Positions 29,264 through 39,236 of a stretch of 64,000 nucleotides of DNA are shown in pieces (the stretch's first letter is position 1; each line of letters begins with the position of its first letter). The DNA lies in assembly GCA_050015395.1 (NCBI GenBank), contig JBEKBM010000001.1, positions 1 through 64,000 of the forward strand, in the 5' to 3' direction. This DNA comes from Candidatus Bathyarchaeia archaeon (GTDB lineage: Archaea; Thermoproteota; Bathyarchaeia; Bathyarchaeales; Bathycorpusculaceae). The translations under genes were made by a program, and so were the position numbers. Below the pieces are notes generated by a model that searched no databases, had not been told where the DNA came from, and saw nothing but the letters and a program-made list of their open reading frames with translations.

Positions 29264-30043
29264 ATGGTTCAGTACTATTTGCCCATTGGGATGAGATACT
29301 CCACTCTTGAAGAAAGAAAACAATTCTACAGTTCTGAATTTAATCTTCAAAAAGTTGCCCAATGGTTCGGCAGTCAAAGCGACAAAGTAAAGTTTGCGGT
29401 AATCATAGGCAGGCACACAAAAATTTACCCCGAAAAATACAAAGAAGACGCTTCAACAACCATAATAATCGATGAGTATTCAGGCTTAGAGGACGTGAAA
29501 GGGCAGATAATTGAGTTTTTGCCTGAAGCAGTATACTACGACCGAAACGTCTATGATGAAAACGACCACAAGATTGGTCAAGAGCTCGCTTTCGACCTTG
29601 ACCCAGAAAACATAACCTGCCCAATCCACGGTACCTTAGCAGATAAAATGAAGCGACACCAAGGGTTTAGTTTCTGCGAATTAGAACTGGAAATGGTTAA
29701 GCAGGAAGCACTACGCCTCTACGAGTTTCTTGCAAATCGTTTTTCTGAGGTCAGGGTTGTTTATTCTGGCAGAGGCTTCCACCTGCATGTTTTAGACCAA
29801 CAAGCCTACCTGTTGAATACCAAAGAGAGGCTTGACCTTGCACAGCAAGTAAAAAGCGCTGGGTTTCACATTGACGAATGGGTCACTTCTGGCGAAATGC
29901 GCTTAATACGGCTTCCATACAGCTTAAACGGTTTAGTGTCAAGAATTGTGTTGCCACTAACAAAAGGTGAACTGGAAAGCTTCGACGCTATCCACGATGA
30001 AAGGTGCTTGCCAAAATTCCTGAGCAAAAAGCTTACTTTTTAA
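29264..30043 (+). CDS. Archaeo-eukaryotic primase small-subunit-like protein (PriS-like paralog)
   Basis: ELAFDLD, VYSGRGFHLHV, IDEWVT, RLIRLPYSLN. Confidence 0.85.
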   Translation: MVQYYLPIGMRYSTLEERKQFYSSEFNLQKVAQWFGSQSDKVKFAVIIGRHTKIYPEKYKEDASTTIIIDEYSGLEDVKGQIIEFLPEAVYYDRNVYDENDHKIGQELAFDLDPENITCPIHGTLADKMKRHQGFSFCELELEMVKQEALRLYEFLANRFSEVRVVYSGRGFHLHVLDQQAYLLNTKERLDLAQQVKSAGFHIDEWVTSGEMRLIRLPYSLNGLVSRIVLPLTKGELESFDAIHDERCLPKFLSKKLTF

Positions 30044-30131
30044 CCTGTTTGGCTTTTTTCTCGGTTTTGGCATAGTAGGCTTTCTTTTTCTTTTCTTCTT
30101 CTGCTTTTGTTGGTTTGGTTGGTTTTGCCAT
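30033..30131 (-). CDS. 32-aa lysine-rich microprotein
   Basis: MAKPTKPTKAEEEKKKKAYYAKTEKKAKQVKK*; GAGGA RBS and CTTTTATG TATA-like box upstream. Confidence 0.5.
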   Translation of the reverse strand: MAKPTKPTKAEEEKKKKAYYAKTEKKAKQVKK

Positions 30132-30248
30132 GAAAATCCTCAAATTATATTATCTCTAACTCGCATAAAAGATTTTCCAACCACAAAAATAATAGTTGAA
30201 AAGTTTATTTGTCATTCAACATTTCACTTAACTGTGTGAGGCTTTGTT

Positions 30249-31619
30249 ATGGAGCGATTCGATGTAATCGTTATTGGTTCAGGCTCTGGAATGCTTGTTG
30301 CTTCAGCAGCAGTTGAGCAAGGTTTCAGAACAGCACTAGTTGAGCACGGAAAAATGGGTGGCACATGCATAAATGTTGGTTGTGTTCCCTCCAAAATGCT
30401 GATATACCCAACCGATGTTATCGCCGCCATTAAAGAGGCAAGGAAACTGGGCGTCCACGCAACCGTGGAATCGGTTGATTTCAACAATATGATGACTAGG
30501 ATGCATACGCTGGTTAACCATGACTCAGGGCATCAGGCACAAACGGTTGAAGCCACTCTTAACCTTACATGGTTTAAGGAAAAAGGCGAGTTCATCTCAG
30601 ATTACACCATGCAGGTCGGCGCACACACAATTACGGCAGAAATGATTTTTATTGTTTCAGGCGCACGTCCCGGGATACCGCCAATCAAAGGTATAGAAAA
30701 CATAGGTTACCTGACAAGTGACACGGTCTTAGAATTACAAACGCCGCCCAAAAGCATACTAATTATTGGCGGAGGCTACGTTGGCATGGAGTACGGGCAC
30801 TTCTTCTCAGGCATCGGCACAAAAACCACCATACTCCAAAGGCCCTACCGAGTGGTGCCTGAAGAGGAACCAGAAATCTCTGAATTATTAAAGAAGGAAA
30901 TGCAACAGCGAATGGAAATATACACCGGCTTTGAGGTTACCGAAGCAAAACAAGAAGGCCAACTAAAAAAGCTCATTGCAAAAAACCGCCAAGACGACAG
31001 CCAACATGAGTTCTCCGCTGAGTCAGTGATGGTTGCCACAGGCAGAGTATCCAAAGCTGACATTTTAAAACCAGAAAAAACAGGAGTAGAACTAGACGAG
31101 CGTGGATTCATAAAAGTTGACGAGTACCTTGAAACCAGCAAAAAGAACATTTGGGCTTTCGGCGACGCTATTGGCATTCAAATGTTCAAGCATGTGGCCA
31201 ATTATGAGGCAGGTGTAGTTTGGCATAACGCCGTTCATGATCATAAGGTTAAAATGGATTTCTCAGCGGCGCCTCACGCAGTTTTTAGTCATCCGCAAGT
31301 TGCCTCCGTCGGCTTAACAGAGGAACAAGCTAAAGAGCAATATCACAACATTCTCGTGGGACAAGCCCCTTACGGTGAAACAGCCATGGGCGCAGCTATG
31401 GGATTTCCTGAAGGCTTCGTGAAAGTGGTGGTTGAAAGAGAAACAGGCAAAATCCTTGGCGCCCACATAATAGGTCCTGAAGCTTCAATACTCATTCAAG
31501 AAATCATAAATGCAATGGTTTCTGAAACGGGTTTTGCGCCCATCGTGCAAGCAATGCATATTCATCCTGCCATGTCAGAGGTGGTACAGAACGCTTTTGG
31601 CAACCTTACACCAGCATAG
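30249..31619 (+). CDS. Class I pyridine nucleotide-disulfide oxidoreductase (dihydrolipoamide dehydrogenase/mycothione reductase-like)
   Basis: GSGSG, GGTCINVGCVPSK, GGGYVG, AFGD, HIHPAMSE. Confidence 0.9.
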   Translation: MERFDVIVIGSGSGMLVASAAVEQGFRTALVEHGKMGGTCINVGCVPSKMLIYPTDVIAAIKEARKLGVHATVESVDFNNMMTRMHTLVNHDSGHQAQTVEATLNLTWFKEKGEFISDYTMQVGAHTITAEMIFIVSGARPGIPPIKGIENIGYLTSDTVLELQTPPKSILIIGGGYVGMEYGHFFSGIGTKTTILQRPYRVVPEEEPEISELLKKEMQQRMEIYTGFEVTEAKQEGQLKKLIAKNRQDDSQHEFSAESVMVATGRVSKADILKPEKTGVELDERGFIKVDEYLETSKKNIWAFGDAIGIQMFKHVANYEAGVVWHNAVHDHKVKMDFSAAPHAVFSHPQVASVGLTEEQAKEQYHNILVGQAPYGETAMGAAMGFPEGFVKVVVERETGKILGAHIIGPEASILIQEIINAMVSETGFAPIVQAMHIHPAMSEVVQNAFGNLTPA

Positions 31620-31705
31620 CTTTATGCTAAACCGCCTAAAGTTCAAGTTTTTTGGTCAATGTAAACAGTTATATTCGGCTTAAACCAAAGTTTAGGTGTG
31701 AGAAT

Positions 31706-31990
31706 ATGCAGTTCTCAAAGGTTTCTGGTAAAAAAAACAACCATAAGGTTACTTTGTACGCTTTAAGCACTTGCGTTTGGTGCAAGTTGACCAAGGAGTT
31801 TCTAAACGAGAACAATGTCGAATACGAATACATCTATGTTGATTTGTGTGACGAAGACGATAAGCAGAAAATTCGCGACGTAATCCAGAGCAAAGTTGGA
31901 AGTCTTATTTATCCCACCACAATTGTAGATGATAAAGTTGTGATTACTGGTTTTCGGAAAGACAAGCTCAAAGAGGTACTTGAAATTTGA
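31706..31990 (+). CDS. Glutaredoxin (NrdH/methanoredoxin-like)
   Basis: YALSTCVWC, YPT, ITGF. Confidence 0.9.
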   Translation: MQFSKVSGKKNNHKVTLYALSTCVWCKLTKEFLNENNVEYEYIYVDLCDEDDKQKIRDVIQSKVGSLIYPTTIVDDKVVITGFRKDKLKEVLEI

Positions 31991-32547
31991 CCACGATAGA
32001 GCAAGTTCGCAGAAGAGCTGAAGCTGACGCTAAAACATACGGGTACTATCTAACGCCTCAGCCTGAACTTCTACAGGGCTTCCTTGAAGGATTAAAAACA
32101 AACGAAGACCGCTACGGTTACCCTTTATGCCCCTGCAGGCTTACCTCAGGCATATTCGAATATGACCGAGACATTATTTGTCCCTGTGACTATCGAGATC
32201 CAGACGTCGCCCAGTACGGCTCATGCTATTGCAGACTCTATGTTAACAAACAAGTTTACGAAAGCAAAAACTTACCTGAGGTTCCCGAGCGAAGACCACT
32301 CGAGAAACAAGCAAGAGCCTATGGAACGCAAGCAGCCGCCTCTAAACAAGCACCCGCGCAAGGAGGGCAAGAAAAACCGCCAGCCAAAGCGGAAAAAGCG
32401 CAATCGGGAGTTAAAAAGAAGTTATGGTATTGCAAACAATGCGGATACGTAGTGTTTAGGGAAGACCCCCCATACATTTGCCCAATATGCAAGGCTAAAA
32501 GAGAAATGTTTGCTGAAATTGAGAGCACTGTTGAATTTAATGGTTAA
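31987..32547 (+). CDS. Ferredoxin:thioredoxin/disulfide reductase catalytic subunit fused to rubredoxin
   Basis: CPCRL, CPCDY, CYCRLY, PERR; C-terminal CKQCG..CPIC. Confidence 0.92.
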   Translation: MTTIEQVRRRAEADAKTYGYYLTPQPELLQGFLEGLKTNEDRYGYPLCPCRLTSGIFEYDRDIICPCDYRDPDVAQYGSCYCRLYVNKQVYESKNLPEVPERRPLEKQARAYGTQAAASKQAPAQGGQEKPPAKAEKAQSGVKKKLWYCKQCGYVVFREDPPYICPICKAKREMFAEIESTVEFNG

Positions 32548-32549
32548 AT

Positions 32550-32762
32550 TTATTGTTGGATTTCAACCTCGATTTTTTTCCAGTCCTCTTTTATTCCTCG
32601 AAGGGAAGTTACGGCGCCTGTTATGGTTCCGCTTAAGATTTTCTCAACAAATTCGTTTAGTAGTATTTCTTTTCCATCAACTTTTAGTTTCAAGCTCAAA
32701 CTTGGGTCACCTAGAATATTGGTTAGTGTGATACGAGGGGTAAAAAGTTTTGTGCAGACCAC
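32550..32762 (-). CDS. Small hypothetical protein (MobB C-terminal-like; start uncertain)
   Basis: LKVDGKEILLNEFVEKIL...V.SLRGI pattern. Confidence 0.6.
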   Translation of the reverse strand: MVCTKLFTPRITLTNILGDPSLSLKLKVDGKEILLNEFVEKILSGTITGAVTSLRGIKEDWKKIEVEIQQ

Positions 32763-32797
32763 AGAGGCTTAGAAGTTGAAAAAATCATGGAGCCTGT

Positions 32798-33355
32798 TTA
32801 CATTCTTGGTGTGCCGGGTTTTACTGTTACTCTGAGCTTAGTTAAGTTCTCTTTTATCTCTGCCTTAACACCCATGGCCGCAAAGTATTCTTCAAGGAAT
32901 ATTCTGATGAAATCTTTTGAAGTCTCCGAGACTAAAACCAATGTGTAGTCGTTCGGAGCGTTTTTTGTTAAACGGTAAAAGTTGCAGATCTCAAGCCTGA
33001 CCAGCATTTCTTCTGCTGAACGCACCTTTGTTTTCAGCTGTTCCCAATGGGCTCGAGCTACTTCTTTATGCTCACTCCAAAACTTTTCCTGCTCAGGAGA
33101 TGAAGCGATTAACCGCAAGAACATAAGCCAGTGGTCAACATCTAAGATGATGTGTTCTCCGCTAAGAAGCATATCCATGTAGGCGAGAATTTTTTTCTTG
33201 GTTGCCGGGTCTTCGAGAGCCTTGTTTTCGTTGTAGAATTTTAGGGCACGGCGCATGACTTCGCTTTGTGATACTTGTGCTTCGGTGCTTATTTTTTCTA
33301 GTAAGTCAGCTGTTGTTTTGTCAAATGCAACGGTTATTCTTGTTGGGTTAACCAT
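32798..33355 (-). CDS. CopG/RHH transcriptional regulator
   Basis: RITVAFD...SQSEVMRRAL; GEHIILDVDHW. Confidence 0.85.
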   Translation of the reverse strand: MVNPTRITVAFDKTTADLLEKISTEAQVSQSEVMRRALKFYNENKALEDPATKKKILAYMDMLLSGEHIILDVDHWLMFLRLIASSPEQEKFWSEHKEVARAHWEQLKTKVRSAEEMLVRLEICNFYRLTKNAPNDYTLVLVSETSKDFIRIFLEEYFAAMGVKAEIKENLTKLRVTVKPGTPRM

Positions 33356-33565
33356 AACTGCCCACTTCACTAAATTAACATATTTTCAGATTATTGGAAA
33401 TTATATAAACATTACGCAATAACAATCAGATAAATGTTTGCAAATTTGAAGCCTACAACTATATTATTAAACAAATGTTAAAACGATTATCCATCGAAGC
33501 AAACTTTTATTTCCCCACCAGTCCACTACATTAACGGTCATGCATACTTCTAAGGAGAACGCTAA

Positions 33566-34225
33566 ATGAAAAGACCAGAAATATACCTTGAACCCAAACA
33601 GAGAGTAGCAAAAATAATCGAACTGCTTGAAAAACAGTACCCTAACGCAAAAACAGCCCTAAACTACTCCAACCCATTGGAAATACTCGTAGCAACCATG
33701 CTCTCGGCTCAAACAACTGACGAAAGAGTAAACATAGTAACCCAAAAACTGTTCAAAAAATACCGCACACCTGAAGACTATGCTAATGTTGACATAAAAG
33801 AGTTAGAACAAGATATTCGTTCAACAGGCTTCTACCATAACAAAGCCAGAAACCTAAAAAAGTGCTGCCGACTCCTAATCGAAAAATACAATTCCCAAGC
33901 ACCTAAGACAATGGAGGAAATGCTGGAACTGCCTGGAGTGGCAAGAAAAACCGCTAACATAGTGTTATACAATGCTTACGGCATAATCTCCGGCATAGCA
34001 GTGGACACCCATGTCCGCAGAGTTTCACAGCGGCTTGGGCTTACAGAGCACGATGAACCTGCTAAAATAGAACAGGACCTAATGCAAATTACTCCAAAAG
34101 ACAAGTGGATGAAACTTACTGACCTGCTGATTTTCCACGGCAGACAAGTATGCATTGCAAGAAAACCCAAATGCGAAATATGCGTTCTCAACAAGATTTG
34201 CCCATGTGCTTTTACTTTTGGCTAA
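33566..34225 (+). CDS. nth: Endonuclease III
   Basis: LSAQTTD, LPGVARKTA, AVDTHV, CIARKPKCEICVLNKIC. Confidence 0.97.
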   Translation: MKRPEIYLEPKQRVAKIIELLEKQYPNAKTALNYSNPLEILVATMLSAQTTDERVNIVTQKLFKKYRTPEDYANVDIKELEQDIRSTGFYHNKARNLKKCCRLLIEKYNSQAPKTMEEMLELPGVARKTANIVLYNAYGIISGIAVDTHVRRVSQRLGLTEHDEPAKIEQDLMQITPKDKWMKLTDLLIFHGRQVCIARKPKCEICVLNKICPCAFTFG

Positions 34226-34282
34226 AAAGCGTCATCCATTTATACCCGCTTATCTTTTTTCTAGAATTAAGGATTGATCTTT

Positions 34283-34762
34283 ATGGTAAGCAAAATTAAT
34301 GTCGGAGACAAGGCACCCGATTTCACTTTGCCAGATGTTGACTTGAAACCCAGAAGCTTAAAGGAGTTTTTGGGGCAAAAAATCGTTTTAGCCTTTTTCG
34401 TTAGCGCTTTCACTTCAACATGCACAAAGGAAATGTGTGAGTTCCGTGATTCCATGGCTCGACTTATCGATTTGAATGCTCAAGTTATCGGATTAAGCGT
34501 AAACGACCCCTTCTCAAACAAAGGTTTCACAGAAAAAAACAGGCTGCCCTTTCCAATACTAAGTGACTACAAGCGTGAAGTTATCAGAACCTATGGATTG
34601 GAGTTACCAAATTTTGCTGGGCTCAACGGTTACACGGTCGCTAACCGCTCAATTTTCGTCATCGACTCGAAAGGTATAGTACGGTATGTTTGGGTTTCAG
34701 ACAATCCAGCAGTTGAACCAAACTATCAGGAAATACAGAACGTTCTTGAACAAATCAAATAG
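34283..34762 (+). CDS. Peroxiredoxin (BCP/AhpE-like)
   Basis: [28 protein letters not shown]. Confidence 0.9.
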   Translation: MVSKINVGDKAPDFTLPDVDLKPRSLKEFLGQKIVLAFFVSAFTSTCTKEMCEFRDSMARLIDLNAQVIGLSVNDPFSNKGFTEKNRLPFPILSDYKREVIRTYGLELPNFAGLNGYTVANRSIFVIDSKGIVRYVWVSDNPAVEPNYQEIQNVLEQIK

Positions 34763-34813
34763 ACCCAGGGCTTCTTCTTCATTAGCGCCGTATAGAAGAA
34801 CCGATATAGCCTG

Positions 34814-35239
34814 CTAAGCTAAGCGGTGATGCTCAACCATTAAGCACTTATCCATAACCACGATCAAACCAGCACGCCTAGCTGCCTCAGCAGCCTTTTC
34901 ATTGACTATTCCAAGCTGCATCCAAACCACAAAAGGCTTACCATAAATCTGTTTTAGCTTGATGGCTTGCTCTACTATCGGCGGCACATCTTTCGCTGGC
35001 CGGAAAATGTCAACTATTTCTATGGTTTTCTGGATTTCGGGCGGAATATCAAGCAGGCTCTTGTAGCTTTTTTCGCCAAGAACCTCGTCCGCGAATGGGT
35101 TTACTGGTATGATAAGGTAGCCATGTTGTTTTAGGTAAGCGCTAACTCTATGGCTGTCTTTCTCCGGCTCTTTGGATAACCCGACAACCGCAATAACTTT
35201 GTATTTTTTTAAGATTTCTTTAATTTGATTTTGACCCAA
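34814..35239 (-). CDS. CoA-binding protein (YccU-like)
   Basis: IAVVGLS, PVNP, VDIFRP, WMQLGI, MDKC. Confidence 0.92.
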   Translation of the reverse strand: MGQNQIKEILKKYKVIAVVGLSKEPEKDSHRVSAYLKQHGYLIIPVNPFADEVLGEKSYKSLLDIPPEIQKTIEIVDIFRPAKDVPPIVEQAIKLKQIYGKPFVVWMQLGIVNEKAAEAARRAGLIVVMDKCLMVEHHRLA

Positions 35240-35273
35240 CCGAAACCTCCCATCGTCGTCTAAAAAAATGCGT

Positions 35274-36212
35274 TTATGGCGCTTCGCTTAGTTTTAACTC
35301 AAAAAAGTGTTCCCTACCATTGCGCAATGCAAGGATTCTAACTACGTCACCGATCTTTCTCCTCTGAATCTCGTTGACCAAGTCCTCGATTTTATTGGTT
35401 TCTACGTTGCTTATTTCTAGAATGATATCTCCTTCAGCCATTCCAGCGGCTTCTGCTGGGCTGCCGTCAGCAATTCTGGTTACTAATACTCCGCGGTTCA
35501 CTGGTAAACCATAGTAGCGCGCGATTTCCCGTGTTAAAGTTAATCCTACTATGCCGAGCCATGGTCTTTTGGCTCCTCCTTCAGTGACAATTTCATTGGT
35601 GCAGCTTTTCGCCGAGTTTATGGGAATTGCAAAGCCTATGCCTTGCGCAAACGGTATAATGGCAGCGTTTATTGCTATAACTTTGCCTGTCACGTCTACA
35701 AGTGGGCCGCCACTGTTTCCTGGATTAATAGAGGCATCGGTTTGAACAAGGTTCTCTATCAAGCCTCTGTCAGAGTCTATTGTCCTATTAATAGCGCTGA
35801 TTACTCCGGATGTTACGCTTGGTCCACCTGCTAAGCCGAAGGGGTTACCAATAGCATAGACCCTTTGTCCCACCCGTATCTTATCTGAGTCGCCAAGTTG
35901 GGCTGCTTGAAGATTTCTTTTATTGCCATTAATTTTAACCACGGCTATGTCGTGAATGGCGCATGACCCAACAATTGTGCCTTCAAGTACTTCGTTGTTG
36001 CCTAGAGTGACGTTGATTTTTTGTGCGCCACCGACCACGTGGTTATTTGTTAAAATTAACCCTTTTGGATCGATTATGGTGCCTGAACCTATGCCGCTAA
36101 CTGGCACCGCTTGGTAGAAGATGTTGTGGACAAGTTTTATGGCGCTTATGTTAACTACGCTTTTGGTCACTTTTTCAATAGTATCTAAAACAGCGTTCTC
36201 ATCGTAAGACAT
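35274..36212 (-). CDS. HtrA/DegP-like serine protease with PDZ domain (no signal peptide)
   Basis: TNNHVV, DIAV, GNPFGL, QTDASINPGNSGGPL, C-terminal PDZ. Confidence 0.95.
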   Translation of the reverse strand: MSYDENAVLDTIEKVTKSVVNISAIKLVHNIFYQAVPVSGIGSGTIIDPKGLILTNNHVVGGAQKINVTLGNNEVLEGTIVGSCAIHDIAVVKINGNKRNLQAAQLGDSDKIRVGQRVYAIGNPFGLAGGPSVTSGVISAINRTIDSDRGLIENLVQTDASINPGNSGGPLVDVTGKVIAINAAIIPFAQGIGFAIPINSAKSCTNEIVTEGGAKRPWLGIVGLTLTREIARYYGLPVNRGVLVTRIADGSPAEAAGMAEGDIILEISNVETNKIEDLVNEIQRRKIGDVVRILALRNGREHFFELKLSEAP

Positions 36213-36271
36213 TGATTTTCCTCAAAAAAACAGTAAAACTTCGTTTTTAATAAATCTTAATTGCTCTTAAT

Positions 36272-36658
36272 TTAGCGGCAGAAGAGACAGTTTTCCGCCC
36301 AGTGTGGAGGCATTTCTTTTTGGCAATATGGGCACATTAAGCCTTTTTCTCTGATGGCTGTGCATGTTTGGCAGAATAGATTGAGTATTTCTGCTTTGTT
36401 GTTTGGCTCTTTTATGAGGAAAGTTACCATTTGATCTATAAGTGCTAAAACTTCAGTCGAGTTTTCTATCGGGAGTAGGTTTCCTCTTTCTCTCCCAACA
36501 TATCTGCTTACTGCAGACTGTGATAGTCCAAGGAGTTCTGCGGTTTGTTTTTCGTTCAATCCATGTTTTTCAACGATTGACCTTGCCATGATAGCTTTTA
36601 CTGCAGGCAAAACGGTTTTTACCCCCACTTCGCACGGTAGTATCAAGTTTAACACCAA
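36272..36658 (-). CDS. HTH transcriptional regulator with Cys-rich C-terminus (COG2522-like)
   Basis: PCE..V..VLP, LGLSQSAVSRY...RG, CxxC motifs. Confidence 0.85.
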   Translation of the reverse strand: MVLNLILPCEVGVKTVLPAVKAIMARSIVEKHGLNEKQTAELLGLSQSAVSRYVGRERGNLLPIENSTEVLALIDQMVTFLIKEPNNKAEILNLFCQTCTAIREKGLMCPYCQKEMPPHWAENCLFCR

Positions 36659-36699
36659 TTAATCTTATTTCTGGGGAAAAGTTATTTAAATATGCCGCC

Positions 36700-36728
36700 T
36701 GTCATAGTTTATGACACGTGTCATGACG
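36700..36728. promoter_or_regulatory. Overlapping TGTCAT/ATGACA palindromic operator between divergent regulators
   Basis: TGTCATAGTTTATGACACGTGTCATGAC, directly after TTATTTAAATA. Confidence 0.6.
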
Positions 36729-36815
36729 GGCTACCAATCGCAAAAAAAGCAGTTTTACACCCAATCTCTCACTCCTTCCCCGTCAAGACACACGCCAAGA
36801 CAGGAGAAAAAACAA

Positions 36816-37763
36816 ATGGGCAATGTCTTATCGCCAACCAGAAAAAGTGAAAATAACCGCGACCTAGTTGGAATGCTTAAGTCACTTGACGCAGAATGCA
36901 GAAACTGCGCTCCAATAACACCCTTAGAATGCATAAACCGATGCCAAGTATACAAACTAAAAAACGAGCTGAGAAAACTCTGGGAAACCATGGATAACCC
37001 GAACTACATAAAAGAGCTCTTCAACGTTCTAAAAAACGAGACAAGACTCCATATTCTACAAACAATCGTAAACGGTAGATACTCAGTAAGCCAATTACAG
37101 CAAGAACTCAAAAAAACAGGACACAGCCACAGCCAAGACACCATAAACGAAGAATATTTGCAGCCTTTAATGGCAGTAGGTCTAGCCACCGAAGCACGAG
37201 ATGAATACTACGCAACCATGTTCGGTGGTCGCCTAACCGAGCTACTAGGATGCTTCCCAGAATTTGCCGAAACGCTTCCAGCTCACTCAGAATGCTATGA
37301 AGAAATTCTTTTACAATCTTTACTATCAGGACCAAAAACGTTTGAAGATATTCAAGCCCTTATCTCGCCAAAAATCGCTTCGCGAATACTAAAACGTTTA
37401 CGCTCCGCAGGTTTGATAGAAACCCCCATTGAAAGGGATTACATATTTTTCTTCAAATCAAAACGAGACCCAAACAGAGAAACCTTCACAATTTCCGAAC
37501 GAAAAGTTTACGGTATGATCCCTAATGAAGGAATTTCAGCTGGAAGGCTTGCCAAAGAAACAGAGCTTTCCATGAGAAGAACCTACAAGTATCTAAGAGG
37601 CTTGAAAGGCAAAAAACTAGTTTTTATAAGGAAAACTCCGAAAGCTTATGGTTTGACCTGCAAAGGTGAAATGTTAGCGTCAGTACTAAAGGAGCTTCAG
37701 CAAATAGTCGAAGACACATGGAGCTCTTCTGAACAAGTCATGCATAACAACGCTAACTCTTAG
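36816..37763 (+). CDS. Multi-winged-helix protein with N-terminal Cys motif
   Basis: CxxC..C...C followed by three wHTH-like segments; AGGAG RBS. Confidence 0.75.
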   Translation: MGNVLSPTRKSENNRDLVGMLKSLDAECRNCAPITPLECINRCQVYKLKNELRKLWETMDNPNYIKELFNVLKNETRLHILQTIVNGRYSVSQLQQELKKTGHSHSQDTINEEYLQPLMAVGLATEARDEYYATMFGGRLTELLGCFPEFAETLPAHSECYEEILLQSLLSGPKTFEDIQALISPKIASRILKRLRSAGLIETPIERDYIFFFKSKRDPNRETFTISERKVYGMIPNEGISAGRLAKETELSMRRTYKYLRGLKGKKLVFIRKTPKAYGLTCKGEMLASVLKELQQIVEDTWSSSEQVMHNNANS

Positions 37764-37793
37764 CAAACAATCCTTCATGGCTTTCTTTTTTGG

Positions 37794-38279
37794 TTATCCT
37801 CCGCCAGGAGCTCCGTGAAACGGCGCGTTTTCCCACAGCAGTTTCCACCAATCTTCCTCTGTTATGGTTTCTCCGTGAACAATTATCTCTAAAACCATCT
37901 TTAGCATAGCGTGGTGTCTACATTCATCAGCTAATATGGAGTTTAAGAGAAACACAACCTTCTTGTTTTCAACATTAGGTATCATGGCTTCAAGGCGCTT
38001 AATTAGCTTAGATTCTATCTCAATGTGTTTTTCTACGAGTGCTCTTTGCTGATCAAGATGCTCCTGCGTTAATGCTGTAGGAGTACCAGTCAGTAGGGTA
38101 ACGGCTGCCGAGTAAAGTTCAGCGTGCTTCACAGAATCCAGCGAGACACCCTTCAGGACGCCTTTAACAGCCGGGTTCTTCATGCCAACTAGCGCTTTTT
38201 CAAGGGAAGCAACTATTTCGTTTTCAATCACTATTTGATTTTTCAAAAATTCAATAAGATTATTCTTTGGTTTTTCCAT
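37794..38279 (-). CDS. Ferritin/rubrerythrin-like four-helix protein
   Basis: QIVIE..DSVKH, HIEIE..DECRHH. Confidence 0.8.
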   Translation of the reverse strand: MEKPKNNLIEFLKNQIVIENEIVASLEKALVGMKNPAVKGVLKGVSLDSVKHAELYSAAVTLLTGTPTALTQEHLDQQRALVEKHIEIESKLIKRLEAMIPNVENKKVVFLLNSILADECRHHAMLKMVLEIIVHGETITEEDWWKLLWENAPFHGAPGGG

Positions 38280-38300
38280 TCTTTTCTCCCTCTACTTATG

Positions 38301-38744
38301 TTAAGTCCTGTTCATCAAGTTTTCGGAAATTCTTTTTCCTAAATCCTTACAGGCGCTAAGCATTTTTTCGTCAGGAATATACTTCACTAGTAAAGGCGGT
38401 TCAACAACTTGCATCTCAAACTTATTTTTCATAATTTCCAAAATAAGTCTAGGTGCTTCACCGCTCCAACCATATGAACCGAATGTGGCGCCGACTTTAC
38501 CCTTCAAACTTATGCCCTTCACCGCAACTTCCTCGAAAAGCTTTTTGAAATCAATAGGCATCTCATGATGATAAGTAGGTGCCCCAACAACTAAAGCATC
38601 AAAGCTACTTAGTTCTTCAGGTTCAATGTGAAAATTTAATTCTACCCTAATCTTATCGTTGATTTGTGCTCCCTCAGCTACTGCTCTCGCCATTTTTTCA
38701 GTATTTCCTGTCCTGCTATAATATAAAACAAGAATTTCCTTCAT
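38301..38744 (-). CDS. Flavodoxin
   Basis: YYSRTGNTEKMA, GAPTY, FGSYGWSGEA. Confidence 0.93.
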   Translation of the reverse strand: MKEILVLYYSRTGNTEKMARAVAEGAQINDKIRVELNFHIEPEELSSFDALVVGAPTYHHEMPIDFKKLFEEVAVKGISLKGKVGATFGSYGWSGEAPRLILEIMKNKFEMQVVEPPLLVKYIPDEKMLSACKDLGKRISENLMNRT

Positions 38745-38828
38745 AAAACCAAATAAAAAATAACCTTATTTCAATATTTGCCTTTCGGTCATTAAAACAA
38801 GAAAATAAAACTATAAGAAAAAAGAGCT

Positions 38829-39038
38829 TTATTCACGCCTTTTTCCTCTGCTCTCTCCGCCTTTCCTTCCTATTTCCCTGTAGAATTCGGAACCGCGCTC
38901 CTCAGCTACTTTTTCTCCACCTTTCCTACCGATCTCTCTGTAAAATTGCGGACCCCTTTCTCGAGCCACTTTTTCGCCGCCTTTTCTTCCAGCTTCTTCA
39001 CGTGTCATCTTCCTTTTTTCTTCGCTTTTAACTACCAA
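38829..39038 (-). CDS. KGG-repeat general stress protein (GsiB/Em-like)
   Basis: EEAGRKGG, FYREIGRKGG twice; GGAGGTGA RBS. Confidence 0.9.
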   Translation of the reverse strand: MVVKSEEKRKMTREEAGRKGGEKVARERGPQFYREIGRKGGEKVAEERGSEFYREIGRKGGESRGKRRE

Positions 39039-39236
39039 AATTATTCACCTCCCTTTATTTCCTCGAAAAAGGCTGTCTTGTTATCTACTCAAGGACAGCC
39101 TTTAAGCGTGTGTGGTTATCAAAAAACAATCACAAACCTACCCGGGCGAGCGTAGGTAACCACAGTAATCTCTATTTTTCAAAATAGGAAACTAACGCCA
39201 AGAAATTAAATTAAAGAAAACGGAATGTTTAGTTAG

